Source: Microcoleus sp.
GTDB lineage: Bacteria; Cyanobacteriota; Cyanobacteriia; Cyanobacteriales; Microcoleaceae
Assembly: GCA_042408215.1 (NCBI GenBank)
Contig: JAYFMW010000013.1
Coordinates: 1-64,000 of the forward strand
Length of the DNA: 64,000 nucleotides
Reading direction: 5' to 3'
Shown: positions 30,288 to 39,997 of the stretch, piece by piece
Numbering within the stretch: position 1 is the stretch's first letter
Layout of the letters: each line of letters starts with the position of its first letter
Notes under the pieces: model-generated
The model's database searches: none
Seen by the model: only the letters and a program-made list of their open reading frames with translations
What the model was told of the DNA's origin: nothing
Translations under genes and position numbers: made by a program

Positions 30288-31660
30288 TACTTGTTACCCG
30301 AAGTCAGGAGACGGCATTGCCGTTTCCCTACAATATTATTTTGGGTAGGGAGACTCAAGCGTGCCCATTGGTGTCAACTTAAGCCTGAAAGCCTTTGTAT
30401 CTCTCGTTCATAGCCGAGTCTAGATCCCCCTAAATCCCCCTTAAGAAGGGGGACTTTGAAAAGACTCCTGTCCCCCCCTTCTTAAGGGGGGCTAGGGGGG
30501 ATCTAGATTTAATAGTCAAACAACAGTCTATGACTGGGTTTGACCTTAAGTTGACACCTATGGGCAATGCCGTTTCCCTACAGTATTATTTTGGGTAGGG
30601 AGACGGCAATGCTGTTTCCCTACAGTATTATTTTGGGTAGGGACACGGCAATGCTGTTTCCCTACAGTATTATTTTGGGTAGGCAGACTTGTTACCTGAA
30701 ATTAGGAGACTCAAGCGTGCCCATTGGTGTCAACTTAAGCCTGAAACCCTTGGTATCTCTCGTTCATAGCCAAGTCTAGATCCCCCTAAATCCCCCTTAA
30801 GAAGGGGGACTTTGAGAAGACTCCTGTCCCCCCCTTCTTAAGGGGGGCTAGGGGGGATCTAGATTTAATAGTCAAACAACAGTCTATGACTGGGTTTGAC
30901 CTTAAGTTGACACCTATGGGCAATGCCGTTTCCCTACAGTATTATTTTGGGTAGGGAGACGGCAATGCTGTTTCCCTACAGTATTATTTTGGGTAGGGAG
31001 ACGGCAATGCTGTTTCCCTACAGTATTATTTTGGGTAGGCAGACTTGTTACCTGAAATTAGGAGACTCAAGCGTGCCCATAGGTGTCAACTTAAGCCTGA
31101 AACCCTTGGTATCTCTCGTTCATAGCCAAGTCTAGATCCCCCTAAATCCCCCTTAAGAAGGGGAGTAGGGGGTGACGAAAGAGAAGACTCCTGTCCCCCC
31201 CTTCTTAAGGGGGGCTAGGGGGGATCTAGATTTAATAGTCAAACAACAGTCTATGACTGGGTTTGACCTTAAGTTGACACCTATGGGCAATGCCGTTTCC
31301 CTACAGTATTATTTTGGGTAGGGAGACGGCAATGCTGTTTCCCTACAGTATTATTTTGGGTAGGGAGACGGCAATGCTGTTTCCCTACAGTATTATTTTG
31401 GGTAAGCAGACTTGTTACCTGAAATTAGGAGACTCAAGCGTGCCCATAGGTGTCAACTTAAGCCTGAAACCCTTGGTATCTCTCGTTCATAGCCAAGTCT
31501 AGATCCCCCTAAATCCCCCTTAAGAAGGGGGACTTTGAGAAGACTCCTGTCCCCCCCTTCTTAAGGGGGGCTAGGGGGGATCTAGATTTAATAGTCAAAC
31601 AACAGTCTATGACTGGGTTTGACCTTAAGTTGACACCTATGGGCATTGCCGTGTCCTCTA
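30288..31660. repeat. Tandem array of composite MITE+REP units (periods 356, 356, 367 bp; four MITE copies)
   Basis: TIRs GCCCAT(T/A)GGTGTCAACTTAAG at 30363, 30719, 31075, 31442; 42-bp REP units GTAGGGAGACGGCAATGCTGTTTCCCTAC between them. Confidence 0.95.
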
Positions 31661-31692
31661 TCATGTCTGAGTACAACCGGAATTGCTATAAC

Positions 31693-32361
31693 TTAAAGCT
31701 GAGTTGGATCGATACCCAACTCTTTCAGTTTTGCAGCCATGCGATCGCGCTGTTGTTCGATTTCATCGCGCTGTTCCATTAACTCTACATAAGACAAAAA
31801 CCGCTTTCCATCGGGACGAATCACCTCTAACTCTGGTTCTGCAAACACAAACCGGACTCCTAGACGTGGACTGATCCACCCATCCAAGCATTCAATTACT
31901 GTTAGTCCTGTGTCGTCTTTTTGCCATCCAGTTAGATCGTTACGATCGGGATCGTAGAGGTAATATTCTTCTACACCAAAGCGGCTATAAAACTGCAACT
32001 TCAGCGCCATTTCCGATAAAGTATTTCCGGGGGACAAAATCTCAAAGACGACTTGTGGAGCGATATTATCTTCTAGCCATTGCTGGTAAGACCCTCGATA
32101 TCCCTTGGGTCTGCCAAATACCACCATAGCATCAGGGGCGCGCCTCGTCTTATTGTCGCCTTCGACGGGATACCAGAGTAAATCGCCGGCTACGAATACA
32201 GTTGGATTATCTTTAAATAAGGCTTCGCATCCTTCTTTTAGTTTGACAATCCAAGCAAATTGGAGCGTGTTATCTGACATAGGCTGTCCATCGCTATCTG
32301 GATACAGGACTTTTTCTGGTTGTTTCGTTAGCGGTGGCTGAGTTTGTAGTTGAGGAGTCAT
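31693..32361 (-). CDS. Uma2 family putative endonuclease
   Basis: YPDSDGQPMSDNT, APD, PQVVFEILSP, GVEEYYLYDP. Confidence 0.92.
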   Translation of the reverse strand: MTPQLQTQPPLTKQPEKVLYPDSDGQPMSDNTLQFAWIVKLKEGCEALFKDNPTVFVAGDLLWYPVEGDNKTRRAPDAMVVFGRPKGYRGSYQQWLEDNIAPQVVFEILSPGNTLSEMALKLQFYSRFGVEEYYLYDPDRNDLTGWQKDDTGLTVIECLDGWISPRLGVRFVFAEPELEVIRPDGKRFLSYVELMEQRDEIEQQRDRMAAKLKELGIDPTQL

Positions 32362-32464
32362 TTGAGTGGCACTAGAAACTTCTAAATCTTATTATAACTA
32401 ATGAGACTGAGAGGGAACGCGATCGGGTACTTTTTCAGGTAAGACAATTTGTGTTTTAAATTTA

Positions 32465-32558
32465 ACCGCAGATGGGGATCTGATCGGCGCTGATGAACGC
32501 AGATAAAGACTTAGAAAGATGTTTTGGAGTGGTTTAAATCTCAAGGTTGTAGTAAAAT
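32465..32558 (+). repeat. ~94-bp repeat (ACCGCAGATGGGGA...TCAAGGTTGT.GTAAAAT); second copy at 34446..34539
   Basis: Two similar copies, each just upstream of an accessory ORF start. Confidence 0.85.
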
Positions 32559-32604
32559 TGACAAGGAAATTAAGTCTTAATGTTTTACCGTACCCTAAAA
32601 GATT

Positions 32605-33284
32605 ATGACAGCAACAAAAGAGAAAATCTGGACAGTCGAAGAATATCACCGGATGATTGAGGCTGGTATTCTCAATGAGGACGATCGCATTGAACTGCTA
32701 GATGGGAGAATTGTTGAAATGATTCTTCAAACACCAATCCATGCTGGTACAACCCAGCGCAGCGATCGATACAGCAGTTCCCGCTGTTATGAAACACGGT
32801 AGGGACACTCCAAGAGCCGTGTCCCTACGAGGATTGAACGATAAGTGGGTGTACCTCATAACAGCGGTTTCCGCTGTATCTACAACACCTGCTAAGAGAT
32901 TTAGCATAAATTCGCGTTCAGTTGCCAATTACTTTAGCGACTTCGGAACCGGAACCAGATATAGCTGTTGTTCGTATCGCTCCGGGCGGTTATGGCGATC
33001 GTCACCCAAACCCTAGCGAAATCTTGCTGTTAATTGAGGTTTCCTACTCGACATTACAAATTGACCGCCGGGAAAAAAACCTGATTTATGCTAGAGCAAA
33101 TATCGCTGAATATTGGATTTTAGATGTAGCTGCGCGCGAAGCATATATTTACCGTAATCCTGCACCGGGAGGCTATCAATCTGAGATAGTTATTGCAGAT
33201 AATGCTGTGATGAGAATGCTAGCTTTTCCTGAGATTGAAATTATTTTTTCCGAACTGTTTTTGCCTGTTGAGTTGGTATTTTAG
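32605..33284 (+). pseudogene. Uma2 family gene interrupted by a MITE and an in-frame TAA
   Basis: WTVEEYHRM...IELLDG joins LQHLLRDLA*IRVQLP...EPEPD once the MITE is removed. Confidence 0.88.
32772..32876. mobile_element. 105-bp MITE with TA target duplication and GTAGGGACAC...GTGTCCCTAC REP core
   Basis: Empty allele GATCGA-TA-TCTACA present at 34027..34040. Confidence 0.92.
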
Positions 33285-33296
33285 AGCATATTCCAT

Positions 33297-33977
33297 ATGA
33301 GCCTTAGCCCGAAAAAAATTAAGCCTAGTGTTGAGTTTTTAGTTACTGTCGGAGTTCTATTAGTCATAGCTATTGTAGGAAAACCAACTGCGCGATGGGC
33401 TAAAGCTACATACGATGCTTACAAAGCAAACACAACAATATTGACAGCATCAGATACAGAATATCGTCGTCTCCTTGCGATAATTCAATCTCAACAACCT
33501 GGTCAGACTTTAAACCAACCTATTCCTGTAAAGTTAGCCATTCCAGAGAAGATATTCCAGGCTGCGATCTCACCTGATTTATTAGGTAGAAGTAGTCAAT
33601 ACGAACCTCATACCAGTAATGGAAAACTTGCCTGCGCTTGGATGGTTAATATGGCTGTGAAGAAAGCATTGAACTATCAAATTGGCCAAAATCCTCTCTA
33701 TGTTCCATCCGTTGTTGAGGCTCTAGATGGTGGAATCGGGCATCGGGTAGAACAAGGTCATACAAGACGCGGTGACATCGCGGTTGCTAATGGTACGGAC
33801 TATGACAAAGGGCTTTGGCATATCGGAATTTGTGCAAACGATAAATGTACTCTCATTCTATCCAACTCCCCTTTTACCACTCGATTTGAGTGGTTATCTG
33901 ATGCGAGCTTTGAAGGTGCTTTTGACGATTACCCTGGTAAGACTACGTTCTATCGAGTAATTAAAAGCAATCCGTGA
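33297..33977 (+). CDS. Membrane-anchored protein with NlpC/P60- or CHAP-like Cys-His dyad (putative cell-wall hydrolase)
   Basis: N-terminal TM; ACAWMVN...RGDIAV...WHIGIC. Confidence 0.65.
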   Translation: MSLSPKKIKPSVEFLVTVGVLLVIAIVGKPTARWAKATYDAYKANTTILTASDTEYRRLLAIIQSQQPGQTLNQPIPVKLAIPEKIFQAAISPDLLGRSSQYEPHTSNGKLACAWMVNMAVKKALNYQIGQNPLYVPSVVEALDGGIGHRVEQGHTRRGDIAVANGTDYDKGLWHIGICANDKCTLILSNSPFTTRFEWLSDASFEGAFDDYPGKTTFYRVIKSNP

Positions 33978-34015
33978 AATATTTACAAACACCAAGTCTG
34001 AAATCTCCTCATCTG

Positions 34016-34467
34016 CCCAGCGCAGCGATCGATATCTACAACACCTGCTAAGAGATTTAGCATAAATTCGCGTTCAGTTGCCAATTACCTTAGCGACTTC
34101 GGAACCGGAACCAGATATAGCTGTTGTTCGTATCGCTCCGGGCGGTTATGGCGATCGTCACCCAAACCCTAGCGAAATCTTGCTGTTAATTGAGGTTTCC
34201 TACTCGACATTACAAATTGACCGCCGGGAAAAAAACCTGATTTATGCTAGAGCAAATATCGCTGAATATTGGATTTTAGATGTAGCTGCGCGCGAAGCAT
34301 ATATTTACCGTAATCCTGCACCGGGAGGCTATCAATCTGAGATAGTTATTGCAGATAATGCTGTGATGAGAATGCTAGCTTTTCCTGAGATTGAAATTAT
34401 TTTTTCCGAACTGTTTTTGCCTGTTGAGTTTGGGTTTTATTTTTCACCGCAGATGGGGAGCAGATAA
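34016..34467 (+). pseudogene. Duplicated 3' part of the Uma2 pseudogene (no MITE)
   Basis: 34016..34430 matches 32753..33274 except for the MITE and one visible SNP; shares the TAA. Confidence 0.9.
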
Positions 34468-34564
34468 GCGCTGATGAACGCAGATAAAGATTTAGAAAGA
34501 TGTTTGGAAGTGGTTTAAATTTCAAGGTTGTGGTAAAATATAAAAATGAATTCAAGGTTGTTTT

Positions 34565-34912
34565 ATGTCAAATCCTGAATTATTAGCCCAACTTCGGCAG
34601 TTATCCTGTGCTGAGAAGTTTCAAATGATGCAGTTTTTAATGGCTGAATTGGCGAAATAAGAAATGTTAAAACCATTGGATAATGGCGCGGCTTATCGTG
34701 TTTGGTCGCCTTATGATTATGGTGATGCTGCTCAGAAATTAATGAGTTTATTAGAACAAGAAGAAACAAAAGAAAATGCCAAATGCTCAAGGGTTTCCTT
34801 TGGTCGAATGAAGGAATCATATCGTTTCCGGTTGAATCGGAATGATTTAACCACAGAGGACGCAGAGAACACAGAGAGATATCTGAGAGGAATGAGTAAT
34901 TCCCATGAATAG
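34565..34912 (+). pseudogene. Small antitoxin-like protein with in-frame TAA at 34658..34660
   Basis: MSNPELLAQLRQLSCAEKFQMMQFLMAELAK*EM...YRVWSPYD in one frame. Confidence 0.65.
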
Positions 34913-34958
34913 AGGAATTTATATCAATCAGGAGAAACTAATGTTTTTCCTTCCTTCC

Positions 34959-35525
34959 CTACGGAGAGTTTTCCCACTCGGCGGTAAGCTTGCGGAAATT
35001 GTATTGAGATGCACCGGGATGACAAGTCACGCAACTGCTGATATTTGCGGGTTGTGACATTTTGACTTTGGGATGTAGAGCTTTGAAATAGCGAGAACTC
35101 GCGACTCTATAAGCCAGTTCTTCTTCTTTCGTTTGGGGACGAGAGAAAGTTTGCAGGTAGTTCCAGACTAGCAGGCGCGGTGGATCTACGAGGAGTTTTA
35201 TGGTTTGTCCGTAGTGTTGGGAATCTTGTAGCAACCTGCGCCATGTTTCTGTTGGTAAGACTTGTGGCGGCAAACCAATGTGGCAGGTGGCGCAGTTTTC
35301 TAGGTATAGTTGCTGTCCGAGTTGGTAGCGATCGGGAATTCGATCGACAGTTCCAGTATCTTCGATCGCAGACACCTGAGCGAGTCGCGCCGGGGTGCGA
35401 GAATAAGCCGTCTGAGCTGCAACCCATCCGCCGCTACAGCAGACAACTACCAACAGCAGCAAAGTTGAGTAAAATCCCCGCCAGCCTCCTGGGCGACGAT
35501 GGCGGGGTTTTGCTTGTTTCATCAT
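34959..35525 (-). CDS. Diheme cytochrome c family protein
   Basis: Two CxxCH motifs (CATCH, CVTCH); signal peptide. Confidence 0.88.
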   Translation of the reverse strand: MMKQAKPRHRRPGGWRGFYSTLLLLVVVCCSGGWVAAQTAYSRTPARLAQVSAIEDTGTVDRIPDRYQLGQQLYLENCATCHIGLPPQVLPTETWRRLLQDSQHYGQTIKLLVDPPRLLVWNYLQTFSRPQTKEEELAYRVASSRYFKALHPKVKMSQPANISSCVTCHPGASQYNFRKLTAEWENSP

Positions 35526-35542
35526 GCTAAATTGATTTTTTC

Positions 35543-36451
35543 CTAAATCACTGGTATGCTCATGCCTTCGCGGGCTAAGCAGCTATTGGCGAAAACTGAC
35601 TGCACGTCTGCTTCTACTCGATCGAGAAAATCGTCGTTATGGCTCGGATCGTGGTGAAACATCACAACTTTTTTGACTCTAGCAGCTTTTGCTATTTCTA
35701 CTCCTGCTTCCCAAGTTGAGTGTCCCCAGCCGACTTTCGGGGATTTGAAGTCATAATATTCTTCGTTGGTGTAATTGGCGTCGTAAATCAGCACGTCGGC
35801 GTCGCGAGCTAGGTGGACGACGTTTTCGTCCAAGCGATCGGGAAAGTGTTCTGTATCGGTGCAGTAGACGGCTGTGTGTCCTTGCCAGGTAACACGATAT
35901 CCGATCGCCGTATTTGGATGATTGAGCAAAGCGGTTTCAATCTTCACATCGTCGAGTTCGACAATATCCCCCGGAGTCAAGTCGTTAAATTTGAGGTCAG
36001 ACTGCATCACTTGGATGGGGACGGGAAAATTGGGATGAAGCATTTGGTCGGCCAGACGCTTTTTAATTGTAGTGCCGTTGGGGGCGATCGCTCCGTAAAT
36101 GTGAAAGCAGTTCCCCGGGATAAAGGCTGGAGTAAAGAACGGAAACCCTTGAATGTGATCCCAGTGGGTGTGGCTGAAAAACATATGGGCTTCGACTGGC
36201 ATTGCTCGCAGCAAGTTTAGGCCCAGAACTCGCAGGCCCGTACCACCGTCAAAGATCAGGCGTTGTTTGCCCAATCGCATTTCTACACAGGAGGTGTTCC
36301 CTCCGTAGCGAATTGTTTTGGTGCCGGGGGTGGCGATGCTACCCCGCACGCCCCAAAACTGAACGACAAACTCGGTCAAAGGGCTATTTTCCATAGTGGC
36401 TTTGCGATCGGAAGGCTGTGCACTGGCGGGGGAGTGTTGGGAATCTGGCAT
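35543..36451 (-). CDS. MBL-fold metallo-hydrolase
   Basis: WGVRGS, GGNTSC, SHTHWDHIQG, GHS, FHHDP. Confidence 0.92.
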   Translation of the reverse strand: MPDSQHSPASAQPSDRKATMENSPLTEFVVQFWGVRGSIATPGTKTIRYGGNTSCVEMRLGKQRLIFDGGTGLRVLGLNLLRAMPVEAHMFFSHTHWDHIQGFPFFTPAFIPGNCFHIYGAIAPNGTTIKKRLADQMLHPNFPVPIQVMQSDLKFNDLTPGDIVELDDVKIETALLNHPNTAIGYRVTWQGHTAVYCTDTEHFPDRLDENVVHLARDADVLIYDANYTNEEYYDFKSPKVGWGHSTWEAGVEIAKAARVKKVVMFHHDPSHNDDFLDRVEADVQSVFANSCLAREGMSIPVI

Positions 36452-36884
36452 CTTTTTTAGCTTTACGCGCCGGAAGTTTGGAATTGAGATTTTAGTTTTT
36501 AGTTCTTAGTTTTTTGATTTCGGACTTGAGAGAGCATTCTCTCCACCCTGTTTGCGGTTGCATATTTTTTGTGTTCTGAGCAATCCATTTAGATTAAGAT
36601 AGCCTTGATTTGAGGCGATCGCAGTAAATTTTCCGGTTAAATTTCCTTAAAGGTAGAAGTCAGTCCTCTGAAGGCAGAATTTAGCCTCTACTCGCTCAAC
36701 TAATATTTTTTTTAACCTGACCGCAAGAGTGCCTTCTGGGCTCTACCAGCCTGTGACTGAGCATTTTGGAGTGATTTAACGTTTCGGCTGCGATCGACTC
36801 CTCCACAGGATTCCTAGACGTGCAGTGGTCGCGTTAAGTTCGGCCGAGTGCTTTTTTTGTCTGGTTGCAGTCGAGGAGTGCTGG

Positions 36885-37041
36885 CTAGGGCGTGTTTTCT
36901 TGCCTTTGCAATCAGATTTAGATACCCCTAAATCCCCCTTAAAAAGGGGGAGGTTGAAGCCTGTCCCACACCCCCTACTCCCCTACTCCCCTGATTAAGG
37001 GGGGTTAGGGGGGTTCTCCGGGGCAAGACAACAGGCCCTAG
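36885..37041. mobile_element. CTAG-bounded MITE with CCCCTAAATCCCCCTTAA core
   Basis: CTAGGGCGTGTTTTCTTG / CAAGACAACAGGCCCTAG; relative at 51904..52226. Confidence 0.7.
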
Positions 37042-37045
37042 GGGC

Positions 37046-37558
37046 TTATTTGTGATGGGCTGCGATGCACTTTTCCACTAACGGCATTACTAGATCGACA
37101 TCTTGCCAACCCAGAATTTCTGTCACTTTTTTCTCCAAATTTTTGTAGGTTCTAAAAAATTCGGCTATTTCATCCAAGCGGTGGGGTGCTACGTCTTTGA
37201 GGGATTTATAGTGAGCGTAGCGGGGGTCTTTGTCGGGCACGCACAACAGCTTCTCGTCGCGATCGCCTCCATCGATCATTTCTAGCATTCCGATCGGACG
37301 AGCCGCGATCACGCACCCTGGAAATGTGGGCTCGTCCATCATCACCATGCCATCAAGGGGGTCGCCGTCATCGGCTAAGGTATTGGGTATGAAGCCATAG
37401 TCGCAAGGGTATTGCACTGAGGCATAGAGCACTCGATCGAGAGCAAAGGCTTGTAAGTCTTTATCAAATTCGTACTTGTTTTTGCTACCGGCGGTAATTT
37501 CGATGAGGACGTTGAGCAGTCCTGGTTTCGGCTGTGCCGGAATTAGCGATAAGTCCAC
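37046..37558 (-). CDS. ppa: Inorganic pyrophosphatase
   Basis: DDGDPLD, KNKYE and DEK motifs. Confidence 0.97.
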   Translation of the reverse strand: MDLSLIPAQPKPGLLNVLIEITAGSKNKYEFDKDLQAFALDRVLYASVQYPCDYGFIPNTLADDGDPLDGMVMMDEPTFPGCVIAARPIGMLEMIDGGDRDEKLLCVPDKDPRYAHYKSLKDVAPHRLDEIAEFFRTYKNLEKKVTEILGWQDVDLVMPLVEKCIAAHHK

Positions 37559-37729
37559 AAGAATATCTCCAAGTTAACAGATGATTGGGATGAGTGCTAC
37601 TTGCCAAATCCCTTTGATAGCATTTTACGGGCGATCGGGATCGATGCTGCACAAGATTGAGAGAAAGCGGGGAAGAGGGACTCGTCCACCTCAGACTTGG
37701 CGAGGGGGCGGACGCTATACCTGAAAAGG

Positions 37730-39184
37730 TTAGTACAAGAATGAATCGCCAACAAATAAATTGAGCGACAAAGTTGTTTTAATTTTCAATCCCAACCACT
37801 GGCTAAGTTCTGTTGCTAACCACTCGATTTCTGATTCACTTAGTCCCTGCTTCACTGCTATTCTATATTTTTGGTTGCCGGCTTGAATAATCATCTGATC
37901 AACTTTCCCGTAAATTTTCCAGTCAATTTTCACGTCAATTTTCCTAATTTTCAGTTGATGGTCGGCCAGCGCAGGTTTAATTCGTGTAATTTCCAACTGG
38001 CAAATGTCCTGTCTGGGAGCTGGCCGGGAATGATTCCATCTCAACCCTAGCAGATGACAGCTATAGGAGATTTGCTGCCGATCGATTCTGAGACGCAATT
38101 CCCGAAATAGTGCAAAGAGAAACATTACTCCTACCGCACCTAAGAAACTTCCTGATATTATTGTCAAAAATTGGTCATTTATCCCTAACTTATAGGGGAA
38201 AAACGAATCCCTCCCTAATGAGACAATACTCGCAGGTACCGCAGCCGAAAGCAGGGCAATTAAACCAAAACCGATTCCCGGCGGCGGAATTACAATTTCT
38301 ATAAACTCCGAATTTTTTATGAGTTTAATATCGCTGCCTTGCCGCTGCACCACCCTAGGACTTTTGTTGATATGGCGGGGATTTTTGAGCGCTCGCCATG
38401 CTTCCCCAGCCGAAGATAACCGTTTTTCCAAACTCGGTTCTGTCATCCACTCCAGCCAATCAATTAAATTAGGATTTAGCTGCGTTACCCGATCGGCAAA
38501 TTGAATTCTCAAATCCTGCTGCGACAGTTCCGTAGGATGCAAACCCGTTACCAAATAAATTAAAGTTGCACCTAAACCGTAGAGGTCAGAAGCCGGAAAT
38601 GATCGCCCGCCAAATTGTTCCGGTGCCATATATCCGTAAGTTCCCACTACTGTAATTGTGCCGCCAAATTTTGCAGCTTGGTTCTGCACCGAACCAAAAT
38701 CAACTAAATAAACTTGTCCGACAGTGTTACCGGATCTGCTGTGCAGTAAAATATTGCTGGGTTTAATATCGCGGTGAATAACTGGCGGATTTTTTTCGTG
38801 CAAATAAATCAAAATTTCTAACAGCGATTTAGCTAATTCTTTCACCTCAATTTCGCTAAAAGTACGCCCTGCTGTCAAATGTGATTCCAAAGTTTTCCCA
38901 TCTACATAAGTCTGTACCAGGGCAAATCCTTTATTGTCTGGTTCGTCAATTTCCAGATAGTCGATGTAGCGAGGAATTGCTGGATGATCGAGTGCTTTTA
39001 AAGTTTCCGCTTCCCGTTCAAATAGCTTAAGGTCTTGCCATTCAAAATCGCTGCCGAGAAATAGCTGTTTGATCGCAACTAATTCTTGAGTTTGTAAGTC
39101 ACGAGCCAGCAGTGTTTGGCGGCCAGTTTGTTTTCCCAATTGCCGCTGCACTTCGTAGCGTTCTGCTAATACTTTCGCAGTCAT
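37730..39184 (-). CDS. Ser/Thr protein kinase with C-terminal membrane segments
   Basis: HRDIKPSN, DFG, GTYGYMAPE. Confidence 0.93.
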   Translation of the reverse strand: MTAKVLAERYEVQRQLGKQTGRQTLLARDLQTQELVAIKQLFLGSDFEWQDLKLFEREAETLKALDHPAIPRYIDYLEIDEPDNKGFALVQTYVDGKTLESHLTAGRTFSEIEVKELAKSLLEILIYLHEKNPPVIHRDIKPSNILLHSRSGNTVGQVYLVDFGSVQNQAAKFGGTITVVGTYGYMAPEQFGGRSFPASDLYGLGATLIYLVTGLHPTELSQQDLRIQFADRVTQLNPNLIDWLEWMTEPSLEKRLSSAGEAWRALKNPRHINKSPRVVQRQGSDIKLIKNSEFIEIVIPPPGIGFGLIALLSAAVPASIVSLGRDSFFPYKLGINDQFLTIISGSFLGAVGVMFLFALFRELRLRIDRQQISYSCHLLGLRWNHSRPAPRQDICQLEITRIKPALADHQLKIRKIDVKIDWKIYGKVDQMIIQAGNQKYRIAVKQGLSESEIEWLATELSQWLGLKIKTTLSLNLFVGDSFLY

Positions 39185-39198
39185 GTTTTTTTACATTT

Positions 39199-39410
39199 TG
39201 TCATTCTGAGCGGAGCGAAGAATCTCACAGATGCTTCACTACACTGCGTTTCGTTCAGTATAACAGACACTCTTCGGAGGCCAGGACTGTCTGGGATTCC
39301 TCGCTACGCGACTAATGACAGAATTATTGCGTTTTGTTCAGTATGACAGACATTCTTCGGAGGTCAGGACTATCTGGGATTCTTCGCTACGCGACTAATG
39401 ACAGAATTAC
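39199..39410. repeat. TGTCATTCTGAGCGGAGCGAAGAATCT-type repeat followed by an 83-bp tandem duplication
   Basis: Units start at 39246 and 39329. Confidence 0.8.
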
Positions 39411-39525
39411 CTCTAGGACTTTCTCCGTCAATTTTAGCTAAATAGCCGGGAATCCCCACACTATACCGCTGAGGTTAGTGTGGGATGAAAGGCGTGGAAG
39501 AGCCAAAAGAAAAAGCGAAAAGTCT

Positions 39526-39939
39526 TTATTCAACAGGTCTATCTTGCTCTTCGATATATTTTTTTAATTGTTCAACAGTTACGCCACCGCAGGACGCGAT
39601 GAAATAACCATTTGTCCAAAAAACATCTTTCCAGTAAATCTTGTTCACCTCAGATGCAAATTCTTTTCGTAAATATCGACTGGATACAGTTTTAAGATTG
39701 TTTATGAGTTTACTTGGCTCAGTTTGTGGTGTGTACTGGAGAAGCAAATGAACATGATCTCGTTCGCCATTGAACTCTATCAATTTCCCCTCCCATTTTT
39801 CCATTAAGGAATGAAAAATCTCCTCAAGTCTTACCAACATAGGATCTGTCATAACTTTCCGTCTATATTTAGTGGTCAACACTAAGTGACACTTAAGATC
39901 GGACACCCCTCTAGCTTTATGGATAAAAGTTGAGTTCAT
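39526..39939 (-). CDS. tnpA: IS200/IS605 Y1 (HUH) transposase
   Basis: HLVLTTKYRR, DHVH, FWTNGYF, YIEEQ. Confidence 0.96.
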   Translation of the reverse strand: MNSTFIHKARGVSDLKCHLVLTTKYRRKVMTDPMLVRLEEIFHSLMEKWEGKLIEFNGERDHVHLLLQYTPQTEPSKLINNLKTVSSRYLRKEFASEVNKIYWKDVFWTNGYFIASCGGVTVEQLKKYIEEQDRPVE

Positions 39940-39997
39940 ATACTTGACACCGAATAACGTCTTCGGCTAAAATAACACTAATCGGTGTTTTCGGGCT

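Noticed and set aside
30567..31502. Three 70-aa ORFs (MPFPYSIILGR...)
   Set aside because: Translations of the non-coding repeat units
30288..31660. CRISPR array
   Set aside because: Inter-repeat sequences are near-identical rather than unique spacers, units are ~356 bp, and no cas genes are present
33984..34015. Second attC after the NlpC/P60-like gene (TACAAAC vs upstream GTTGGTA)
   Set aside because: Only a possible R'' box; no L boxes, extrahelical bases or R', so it may be chance
32753..34430. DGR template/variable repeat pair
   Set aside because: No reverse transcriptase in the window and no adenine-specific mismatches
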